Source: a virus
Reading direction: 5' to 3' (one strand)
Length of the DNA stretch: 64,000 nt
Virus record (IMG/VR): IMGVR_UViG_3300021425_002093
Span: 32,001 to 96,000 of that record
Numbering within the stretch: position 1 is the stretch's first letter; each line of letters begins with the position of its first letter. The notes beneath the pieces were generated by a model. The model saw only the letters and a list, made by a program, of their open reading frames with translations, was not told where the DNA came from and searched no databases. Shown one piece after another: positions 19,901-27,004 of this stretch. The translations under genes were made by a program, and so were the position numbers.

Positions 19901-20281
19901 AATTACGTTGTCAAACTTAGCCTCGAGTTCTTTCATGACTTGAAAAATGGTCTTTGCTTTTGACTTGACTACAAGATTACGACCAAATGCCATTTGCGCT
20001 AGCTTTATTTTATCATCGTAACTAAGCGGATTCTTTTTAGGATCTTGTGATTGGCCAAGATAGATAAGGGGTGTAGCCGAGCGCTTCTTAGCAACTTCTT
20101 TGATTTTGTTTGCTAACTTCTCGTGACCAGACGTGATTGGATTCATGCGACCCCAACCAAGGACGACAGTTTTACCTTTTGCCTCATTAAGTGTTGGATT
20201 GAGTTCGATGGTGTTCTTGACTAAGGTTTCGTCTTTCTTTTTAGTCTTAGACGGATTTTCTTTTTTTTCTTCTTTTTCCAC
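16937..20281 (-). CDS. large modular late protein: N-terminal cytidylyltransferase-like (HxGH) domain followed by many small modules
   Basis: GRMNPITSGHEKL, KNPL, VVGADR, VSAGER.DPD, MSAS.MR; then a basic helical module, RGMAAWKTGHRPG...ARVNSFI, CWDGYKQVG..K...VPNCV, FTRHFADRLND. Confidence 0.8.
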   Translation of the reverse strand: MEKEEKKENPSKTKKKDETLVKNTIELNPTLNEAKGKTVVLGWGRMNPITSGHEKLANKIKEVAKKRSATPLIYLGQSQDPKKNPLSYDDKIKLAQMAFGRNLVVKSKAKTIFQVMKELEAKFDNVILVVGADRISEFDTLLNKYNGKDFTFDDIEVVSAGERTDPDSDEAKNMTADTMSASVMRKLASQGDLEGFKKGLPKKLQRNAKNIYDMVRGGMKLAKLEEEMESLDEVMTIQQRRKRALTMRRYKTKIAMARKRMRRRFADASKLKTRSRKKAIQLIRKKVAGKQGANYKDLSPAQKMLIDKKVAKRKAIIDRIAKRLLPQVKKADRQKFMTKSEEMNPVLTPDNETPRQKRYHQMFNKEGSIKLDGRFKAFKKKQSQFEEVNDVELLQLIEEITNTIDEKSLSDNDPWGIKKLKSVTVNRKQYAVAAQLLKKLLARKKKEKPGRHSPVYYAQVIAKQFDNVDAKTLAKMVQEEGGAGDRGTEKVTKRYKRDTPGETVSEQKVAQDPDVKDQPGTQPKKYYKGLSDSEKEARAKQFRKGVKADDDSPSSYKSAPGDDDAKTKESKHTKKYRQMYGESLEEGPNMERAKDQIKRIRNRVRKEVDQIQDRARAADVQRKNRSTRPRLATETYELTEESKEALMKKADKSGIPYSILKKVYDRGMAAWKTGHRPGATQQQWAYARVNSFITKGKGTWGGADKDLASKVKKESVNEEVNMKNVDKLKTAARDFSKNKSRNFQSIEDALLTIVQSMRVLGKSTSGRTDYKHEGIIDKEISRINNISSKAYGTEEGKEIKSLLTKHGLVTKTGSTYSPMMDLIYESVNEAVSPAQQAAIAISKKERGEKPKKTFKEARKSRKMSAQDRLWKSYNAYTKRTTGKSADERVKELEQMIQKMKKEREALDEQDPCWDGYKQVGMKKGKKGKPVPNCVKETVRSKTIKVGEDAIGADETHYALVKEREVVAIGNKEDMLSLHREEGGRVWVSTKQVGDLVEEVTQQQINDLEKFADRLLNKFDVDIEFTRHFADRLNDPRNKPAITVAELQRLFKKMADNKGKRIKKHGNAEAVLKDMQSDLNLPVVVNWKNGEFEVVNKTIMRKKAFKTPNPVIKYE

Positions 20282-20322
20282 GTTGTCCTCTCAGGGTTTT
20301 GCGTACACTTACCTGTTGTTGT

Positions 20323-20330
20323 TATTTATA
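20323..20330 (-). promoter_or_regulatory. T4-type late promoter
   Basis: TATAAATA upstream of the 1114-aa ORF. Confidence 0.75.
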
Positions 20331-20331
20331 C

Positions 20332-21123
20332 TTAAGCTGGATTGTCTACCAGTATTAGATCGAACGTTGCTGATACTTGTGTTGCCTGTCCGGCCACAAC
20401 ATCAATCTTGATATCTGTCTTTTCTTCAAACTTGAGGGGAACAGGATAATTGATGTCGAGACTCTGACCACCTGCGGCATTGAAGTTACCTTTAATGTTA
20501 AATGCTCCGCCAAATGGTCGTGCAAACAAACGATAAGTCACCCCAGCGTTAGTAGATGCTTTATCGGATCCCAAATGCAGATCGAGAAGATAGGCAGTCT
20601 TTCCTGCTGGCACAGTGTAAACTGCCATGAGAGTTTGACCCAGACCAGCAAGAATCTTGGCTGCAACTGTACCGCTTTGTGAAATGTTGATATCTTGACT
20701 ATTCTCTGACGCTACCATTCTTGCTCGAAACACACGAGAGAAGACTGTCAATCCCGCCGAGCCGATATTAATAATTTCAATAACAGGATTATAATCTGCG
20801 TCAAGACCTTGAACTTCTACAGCCTCTCCATCATCCGCAGTGTTAGTCGCTCCAGCTAAAGTCAGTACGCTATTTGCTGGATAAGGATAAGCAACTGTTC
20901 CGCTATTACCGTCCCAAACTGTTCCAGCAGTGACATCTCCGTTTGTAGCACCAAACTTGTTGATATGTGAGTAGCCAGTAACATCTCCTGCCGCAATTGG
21001 AATGTTGGAAGCCGCACCGGAAGAATTAATAATATTTCCGTCTTTGTCTGCCATTTGAAATGCCTCAAACAGCGTCTTATTATTATCTAAAAATGATTGA
21101 GTGTCTTTATTCCAAATAGCCAT
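20332..21123 (-). CDS. probable virion structural protein
   Basis: Small-residue beta-rich; HINKFG, VEVQGLDADY, GQTLMAVYTVPAGKTAY, EKTDI. Confidence 0.6.
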   Translation of the reverse strand: MAIWNKDTQSFLDNNKTLFEAFQMADKDGNIINSSGAASNIPIAAGDVTGYSHINKFGATNGDVTAGTVWDGNSGTVAYPYPANSVLTLAGATNTADDGEAVEVQGLDADYNPVIEIINIGSAGLTVFSRVFRARMVASENSQDINISQSGTVAAKILAGLGQTLMAVYTVPAGKTAYLLDLHLGSDKASTNAGVTYRLFARPFGGAFNIKGNFNAAGGQSLDINYPVPLKFEEKTDIKIDVVAGQATQVSATFDLILVDNPA

Positions 21124-22350
21124 TTACTTGTCCCATCCCTTGATATATTCGGGAGAAAAGTTTGCTTTACTAAACTGTAATCTGTCTACTAGCTTGACTA
21201 CATTTTTACCTGTGTGATCAATCGCAACAAAGCCTTCTTGACCTGTTGCTTCAAGCCCGTCTTTAGTCTTCAAGAATGTTCCCAACCCTTGCGCCTTCTC
21301 TAGCTTGCGAATGATCATGAGTTTTGCTTTTGCTACGAGATTATATAGTGTAAACAGATCTTCGATTTCTTTGACTGGGCTACTCTTAAAGAAGTTTAAG
21401 ATTTCGTCTCGCTTGGCTCTTTGTGTCGCTTTGCCTTTCTCGCTCTTGCGCTTGTCTTCTTCTTTCTGATAGATGCCTTCGATATACGATACAAACTCGG
21501 TAGCAACTTTCTTTGGATTAGGCAACTGATCGTTACGAATCTTAGCGTTAATGAAGGTGTTCATTCTCATATTAATATCAGCATTCTTACTGATCATATC
21601 AAACGTACTACGCTTGACTTTGTTGAACGTCTTGCCTGCTTGTGATAGAATCGCAGTAATCTCTGCTGTTTCTTTCTTGTTAAAATTAGCTGAGCCAGAG
21701 ACATCTTTGTACATTGCGTCTACTGAGAAGACCTTTGCTGAAGTTTTAAGATCACTTGCAATCTCCTTTCCAAAACTTGCTGACATTGACTCAAAAGACT
21801 CTCCTCTGTATGTTGTATGCCATACCACACCGAAGTCTGCCCTGCTAATTTTTCTACCGAGGTCGCTTTTTGACGGTACAGCGTAAACAATCGTATTAGG
21901 ATGGAAAGTAATATGCGATTCACCATCAATATCCATCGTCTGTAAATCACTTTTCGAAAATAAAAAATCACCTTGAACAACTCCTTTAATACCTAAACTT
22001 GGAAGATGTTTCAATGCAACTTTCATCTTCTCATTCAAATCACCTGTTGTATCAGCATCAATATCTGCATTTGTCTTGTATATCTTAGGATTCTTATTGA
22101 AGATACCTTTCTTCGCCACGAAGAACTTGCCATCGCTCGGATCGATACCAGCGAACACTGCAGGCGCTCCGTCCCACTTCACTGTAACGTTGACAGAACT
22201 CTTTGACTTGCCTGCGAGCATATCACGCAACGAGCGAAGATAGTTAATTGTGTCACGAGCACCATCGACCCCGTTATCAATGATAGAGTCTTCAAGGTGA
22301 GTCATGTGTGTGTTCTTTGACTCATTCAAAAACGTTTTAAACGATTTCAT
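21124..22350 (-). CDS. conserved T4-like protein with ligase-type nucleotidyltransferase motifs and capsid-targeting-like N-terminus
   Basis: MKSFKTFLNE; KNTHMTHLED; TVKWDGAPA (KxDG), QGDFLF, EGFV, VKLVDR. Confidence 0.7.
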   Translation of the reverse strand: MKSFKTFLNESKNTHMTHLEDSIIDNGVDGARDTINYLRSLRDMLAGKSKSSVNVTVKWDGAPAVFAGIDPSDGKFFVAKKGIFNKNPKIYKTNADIDADTTGDLNEKMKVALKHLPSLGIKGVVQGDFLFSKSDLQTMDIDGESHITFHPNTIVYAVPSKSDLGRKISRADFGVVWHTTYRGESFESMSASFGKEIASDLKTSAKVFSVDAMYKDVSGSANFNKKETAEITAILSQAGKTFNKVKRSTFDMISKNADINMRMNTFINAKIRNDQLPNPKKVATEFVSYIEGIYQKEEDKRKSEKGKATQRAKRDEILNFFKSSPVKEIEDLFTLYNLVAKAKLMIIRKLEKAQGLGTFLKTKDGLEATGQEGFVAIDHTGKNVVKLVDRLQFSKANFSPEYIKGWDK

Positions 22351-22872
22351 TTATCTTTTACTCAATAGATTTTTGTTGACCCAATTGAAGATTATTGTTG
22401 CTTGAATAGGATTAACTCCCAATTTTTCGAATGTGTTATCTGCCTCCATTATTAAAAACAAATCAAACATTTCGTCAAAATTCTTTTCTTCAATAAATCT
22501 TGCAATCTTTATTCTATGTTTTGTTTTTGTAGAAATCTGCTTCCATATCTTTTTAATTTCACCTGGTTTCATTTCATGTCCGACTCTCATATTCCCAGCT
22601 TTGGGATGATTGTTTCTAAACTTAAAAAGAAGATCTTCGAAATCTAAAGTCTTTAAAATTTTCCCACTGGTATCTTTATAGTTTTTAACATCTCCGTGGA
22701 CAATACCATTAGGCTTATATTTGAGTTCGATTCCTAGTTCTTTCATTTTAGATTTGCTTACTGCATCTTTGGCATCTTTAGCTGAAACTAGCTTATTGTC
22801 GAGAACACCATCAAAGCTTACAATGAAAAAAGAGTCTTTTCTTTCTGATATAAATTGACTAAACGATTTCAT
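22351..22872 (-). CDS. hypothetical protein with capsid-targeting-like N-terminus
   Basis: MKSFSQFISE resembles the T4 internal-protein CTS MKTYQEFIAE. Confidence 0.65.
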   Translation of the reverse strand: MKSFSQFISERKDSFFIVSFDGVLDNKLVSAKDAKDAVSKSKMKELGIELKYKPNGIVHGDVKNYKDTSGKILKTLDFEDLLFKFRNNHPKAGNMRVGHEMKPGEIKKIWKQISTKTKHRIKIARFIEEKNFDEMFDLFLIMEADNTFEKLGVNPIQATIIFNWVNKNLLSKR

Positions 22873-23135
22873 TTTTTCTTCCAGATCGATTTCTTTCTTT
22901 TGTTAAAAAGTGCTACGGCTGCTTCTGCATCAAGCGGTTTATCGTGTATAGCTCGCATCGTGCGATTCTGCTTTCCACGCTCATAATTACTCCTAGATAT
23001 TCGAACAACATACTTGCCTTCATCAGGACCGTTCTTGTAACGAGAGATCATCAAAGAAGTCCCACTAGGGTGCTTTATTTTCTTTATAAGAGTTTCATCG
23101 TTATACTCTGTAATGTATTGACTGAATGATTTCAT
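22869..23135 (-). CDS. small basic protein with capsid-targeting-like N-terminus
   Basis: MKSFSQYITE start; Lys/Arg-rich. Confidence 0.65.
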   Translation of the reverse strand: MKSFSQYITEYNDETLIKKIKHPSGTSLMISRYKNGPDEGKYVVRISRSNYERGKQNRTMRAIHDKPLDAEAAVALFNKRKKSIWKKK

Positions 23136-23150
23136 TGTTTTAACTTAGTC

Positions 23151-23867
23151 TTAAAAAGGATTCTTTTTCTTTGAGTCAGGCGCTAACGAGTATTTACTGC
23201 TAGGCATTGACGTAATTTTTAATTCCGCTTGAACTTCGTAAAACTGCGAACGAGTTGCAATTCTTACTTTAAAGTCACCGCTACCTTTTAGCAAGGGAAC
23301 AGCACTAGGCACTTTAAATGGATTTTTACTCGATATCCGATAAAAATCATCTGCGGCTTGCATATAATATGCAGGCTCAGCTTTACCTACAGTGTAATGC
23401 TTTGTAATTAAAGACGCCATATCATAGTTTTTCATCTCTGCTATATAGCGATTGATTCCAGGCTGTGCAAAGTATGCTTTCATTATATGAAGAGGAACAG
23501 CGCCTTCTTCTTTTAGTCCGCCTTTTGTAGTAGGTATCTTTATTTGTTTTAAGGGTATACCAGTAAACTTAGACAAATCTTTAAGAAACTTCTTTGTCTT
23601 AGGATCATCGTTAAGAATATCAACTGCTTCTTTCGCAGCGGGGGTAGTGTAAGTAGTATCCCACTTTCCATTTTTATAGAATACTCTAGGATTAGATAGA
23701 TTGTCGGTGTGATTCATCTTGACTTCAAGCCAAGTCTTTGTGACCCCCTTTTGTAGCAATACGTCTGAGTACTGAGTGCCCACAGTAGGCCGACTAGCTC
23801 TTATGCCAGAAATAGAGTTTGCAGATTCTGCTATCATTTTTTCGAATCTATCAGACGCAGCGCTCAT
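23151..23867 (-). CDS. PD-(D/E)xK nuclease-like protein
   Basis: N-terminal helix with E (DRFEK), SDVLL...WLEVKMN; preceded by TATAAATA at 23893-23900. Confidence 0.55.
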   Translation of the reverse strand: MSAASDRFEKMIAESANSISGIRASRPTVGTQYSDVLLQKGVTKTWLEVKMNHTDNLSNPRVFYKNGKWDTTYTTPAAKEAVDILNDDPKTKKFLKDLSKFTGIPLKQIKIPTTKGGLKEEGAVPLHIMKAYFAQPGINRYIAEMKNYDMASLITKHYTVGKAEPAYYMQAADDFYRISSKNPFKVPSAVPLLKGSGDFKVRIATRSQFYEVQAELKITSMPSSKYSLAPDSKKKNPF

Positions 23868-23892
23868 GACTATCCCTTAAATAGTATTATAA

Positions 23893-23900
23893 TATTTATA
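23893..23900 (-). promoter_or_regulatory. T4-type late promoter
   Basis: TATAAATA on the - strand, 26 nt upstream of the ATG at 23867. Confidence 0.75.
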
Positions 23901-23935
23901 AAATCCAGAATATAAGCCATTGAAAAATCAATTTG

Positions 23936-23943
23936 TATAAATA
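23936..23943 (+). promoter_or_regulatory. T4-type late promoter on the + strand, divergent
   Basis: TATAAATA at 23936-23943 pointing into an ORF-free structured region. Confidence 0.65.
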
Positions 23944-23945
23944 GT

Positions 23946-24106
23946 GTCAGGGTGCGTGTTCATACGGTATTCGTAAGAGGCAAGTGTGTAGAGTAATTAT
24001 TACCCAATCACATAGGAATAGCAGGTGTAGCATTTTAAATGCCAGTGGGGTTCTGGCCTGCCACGTAGTCTGATTTATAAGAGGGGGCATTGCGCCCCCT
24101 TTTTTT
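23946..24106 (+). ncRNA. candidate structured late non-coding RNA (~160 nt)
   Basis: Late promoter upstream; 5' TCAGGGTGCGTG can pair with 3' CACGTAGTCTGA; internal stems; GC hairpin plus T-run at the end; no ORF. Confidence 0.5.
24082..24106 (+). terminator. rho-independent terminator (T-tract on + strand; may be bidirectional for gp41)
   Basis: AGGGGGC-ATTGC-GCCCCCT followed by TTTTTT. Confidence 0.75.
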
Positions 24107-25487
24107 ATGTGAAATTCGAAAAGTCTGGCTTCGAGTTTTTCGCTTTGAGTGTCGCTACATTGTTAGACTTAGGTGCTTGAGCAGAGTCATCCATCACAGC
24201 ACTTTGAGCATCCTCATCAGCATCAAAAAGTTTCATCTTAGATCGATCAATGCCGACAACGAATCTCTTCTTGTAGTTTGGATCTCCCCAGCGATTTTTC
24301 AATTGCTTGATCATCACCAGATTAGACTCTTCTAGTTGCTCTGTCGATACTACGCCAAACATGAAGTCAGCAGTCGCTGGAAGTCCAAAAGACTCAGAGG
24401 TATCTTCAAGCCCAATATCAGAGTTAGAGTATCCGCTCCTTGTAGTCTGTGTCGCAGACATAATTGGAACATTAAACTCGACAGCAAGCCCTCTCAATTC
24501 TTCAGCAATTGCCTTAACAATTGTATATGAGTTTGCGCTTGCATTCTTCACACGAGAACTTGTACATATATTCAGATAGTCAATGTAAATAACATCTGGA
24601 GTGAAGTTCTTTTTCAGTTTCAACTCGTTTAACAAATGTCGAAAGTGTCCAGATCCAGCGCTTGCTGTTGGATACTCTTTGACAATCAACTTACCTGTAG
24701 TCTTTTCTTTGACTCGTTGCACCTTCTTAAGATAGACATCTTTAGGCATTTCTCTCAGAGTGTCCATCGTAACGTCAAGTAGATTCGCATCGATCCGCTC
24801 AGCGATGCGTTCTTCAGCCATCTCCATCGTGATATACAGAACATTTAATCCAGAGAGAAGATTAGCAGATGCACAGTGAGTCATAAACAAAGTTTTACCC
24901 ACACCTGTTCCAGCAAGAATCACGCTGAGAGATTTACGAGAAAGTCCACCCTTCGTGATCTTGTTCATCAGATCTATGTCGAATGGGATCTTGTCTTCTT
25001 TCGTGTGATAAAAGCGATATCGATCTTCGTAAAGCTCCAGAAAGTCGTGTCCAACATTCTGATCAAACGAGACGCCAAGGGCGTCACTCAGCAATTGTGG
25101 AATCGCACCCTTGTCTAGAGTCTTGTGTTGATTGTCTAGTACAAGGATGGATTCACGGACTGCATTATAGATGGCCTTGTCTTGACAGAACTTTTCAGTT
25201 TTATCTACTAGCCAGTCGAGATCTGTCTGATCATCATAACTCAACTCATTGATCATATCAACAGCAGAAGAAAAGGAATCTTCCGTCAGAGTTGTTTTCT
25301 CTTCAAGATTGATTCGCAATGCTTCTTTTGTTGGTATGCCATTGTAGTCTTCGATGTAAGACATAATAGCGCTGTAAACAGTCTTCTCAGTAAGATCAAA
25401 AAAGTAAGATTCACTTAGAAAAGGTGCAACTCTTCGCATGTATTCTTCATTGTGAAGTAGTGACGCAAGAATTGTGTTTTCAATCAT
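24105..25487 (-). CDS. gp41: replicative DNA helicase
   Basis: EKFCQDKA, LAGTGVGKT Walker A, YITMEMAEE, IDYLNI, SATQTTR, TSESFGLPATAD. Confidence 0.96.
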   Translation of the reverse strand: MIENTILASLLHNEEYMRRVAPFLSESYFFDLTEKTVYSAIMSYIEDYNGIPTKEALRINLEEKTTLTEDSFSSAVDMINELSYDDQTDLDWLVDKTEKFCQDKAIYNAVRESILVLDNQHKTLDKGAIPQLLSDALGVSFDQNVGHDFLELYEDRYRFYHTKEDKIPFDIDLMNKITKGGLSRKSLSVILAGTGVGKTLFMTHCASANLLSGLNVLYITMEMAEERIAERIDANLLDVTMDTLREMPKDVYLKKVQRVKEKTTGKLIVKEYPTASAGSGHFRHLLNELKLKKNFTPDVIYIDYLNICTSSRVKNASANSYTIVKAIAEELRGLAVEFNVPIMSATQTTRSGYSNSDIGLEDTSESFGLPATADFMFGVVSTEQLEESNLVMIKQLKNRWGDPNYKKRFVVGIDRSKMKLFDADEDAQSAVMDDSAQAPKSNNVATLKAKNSKPDFSNFT

Positions 25488-26547
25488 CTAGATTAGCCTC
25501 TTCATAATCTTCTGGTTCGTCTACCACAAGTGAACGTGTGGCGATTTGATATCTGTCACTAATATACTCTTGAAAGCGCTTGCTTGTCAAGATGGGAAGC
25601 CAAAAATCTTTTGTATCAGTATCTTTTGCTCGATACTTCTTATCTTCGACTTCACCTGTTTCTGGATCGACTTTTGAGTACCAACCCATGCTAGGTTTAA
25701 CGACAAAGCCACCTTCTGTTGCAAGATCGAGTAATCCAGACCACTTGTTGATTCCAGCATCAAATCGAGCATTGAATGGGAACTTGGATTTCTCACGAAC
25801 AAAGCGTGACTTCTCAATGTTGATAGTGAAGTTATAACCCATCAACTCTTTCCCGTCTTTGTCTTGGGCTTTTGTAATTACAAATACTTGATTTGCACTA
25901 TACATGCCTCCAGTACCACCGGACATGATTGCTTTAGAATAAAGCTCCATTGTCTGATAAGTGTGATTGACAGCAACACAAGGAATGTCTTTTGTAGTCA
26001 AGTGTGGCGTTACAATTCGCCAGAGTGATTTCATCACTTTTGCACGAGACATATCAGCAACAGACTTTCCGTCCAAAGCATCTTCCACTTCTTTCTTAGA
26101 AGCAAGATTGCCTACAGAGTCAACAAAGATAATTACTTTGTCGCCACGCTCTATTTCTTCTAGTCTCTTTGAAATGTCAAACTTCAGTTGCTCAAGATGT
26201 TCAATTGGAATATGAAGCACTCTACTAGTGTCAATCCCGTTTGACTCGATATAGTCTGGTGTAATACCAAACTCTGAATCGTAAAACAAACACACAGCAT
26301 CTTCATGTTTCTTCATGTATGCCTTAACAAGCATTAGTCCGAGCAAAGATTTAAAGCTCTTTGATTCCCCAGCAAGAAACGTTAGTCCAGGCGTTAAGCC
26401 GCCGTCTAACCGTCCACTCAAAGCAACATTAATGATTGGAATTTCAGTTGGTATACTATCCTTCACATTAAAAAATGTAGACTTATTTAATATCGAAGTG
26501 TGTTTTATGGCTCCAGATTTCTGAAGCTTTTCTAGTAGTGATGACAT
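25480..26547 (-). CDS. uvsX: RecA-like recombinase
   Basis: LAGESKSFKS, YDSEFG, DSVGNLASKKE, VNHTY, GGTG. Confidence 0.95.
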   Translation of the reverse strand: MSSLLEKLQKSGAIKHTSILNKSTFFNVKDSIPTEIPIINVALSGRLDGGLTPGLTFLAGESKSFKSLLGLMLVKAYMKKHEDAVCLFYDSEFGITPDYIESNGIDTSRVLHIPIEHLEQLKFDISKRLEEIERGDKVIIFVDSVGNLASKKEVEDALDGKSVADMSRAKVMKSLWRIVTPHLTTKDIPCVAVNHTYQTMELYSKAIMSGGTGGMYSANQVFVITKAQDKDGKELMGYNFTINIEKSRFVREKSKFPFNARFDAGINKWSGLLDLATEGGFVVKPSMGWYSKVDPETGEVEDKKYRAKDTDTKDFWLPILTSKRFQEYISDRYQIATRSLVVDEPEDYEEANLDD

Positions 26548-26656
26548 ATTTTTTTCCTTAGTAGTTATTGATTGTTTTAACGTGGGGAATTATCCCACAG
26601 TGATAATGTGTCATATAATGACCATTATAGTGTCATATGTTCAATATATGCAACAT

Positions 26657-26920
26657 TTATGATGTCATAATAGACGCAAGCTTATCTTGGAATGCGTCAA
26701 TCTTTTCATATCGATTCGGCCAGTAGATATAATCCTTATTGGGATCTGCCTTTAGGTTTTCTAGTAATGGCATGATAGCATCATACAAGGCTTTTGCCTT
26801 GTTGTCAACTGATACCAATTCTTGTTGGATCGTTTCCGTCTGTGCTTGTAGCTGGCGTACCGCATCCAACTCATCTTCCGTTACAGCGGTGAATCCAAAA
26901 TCAAAAAATTCATCCGACAT
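26657..26920 (-). CDS. conserved hypothetical protein of T4-like phages
   Basis: FDFGFTAVTEDEL...LKADPNKDYIYWPNR. Confidence 0.7.
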   Translation of the reverse strand: MSDEFFDFGFTAVTEDELDAVRQLQAQTETIQQELVSVDNKAKALYDAIMPLLENLKADPNKDYIYWPNRYEKIDAFQDKLASIMTS

Positions 26921-27004
26921 TTTAGTTCTCCTTATGCGACTTGAAACCAGCTAGGGGTTTCTCTTGTTTTCCAATTCATTTTGAATCGATGTTGCTTTAC
27001 ACAT

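Noticed and set aside
23946-24080. Possible tRNA
   Set aside because: No T-loop GTTCRA in a cloverleaf context and no CCA end; no tRNA was recognised anywhere in the window.
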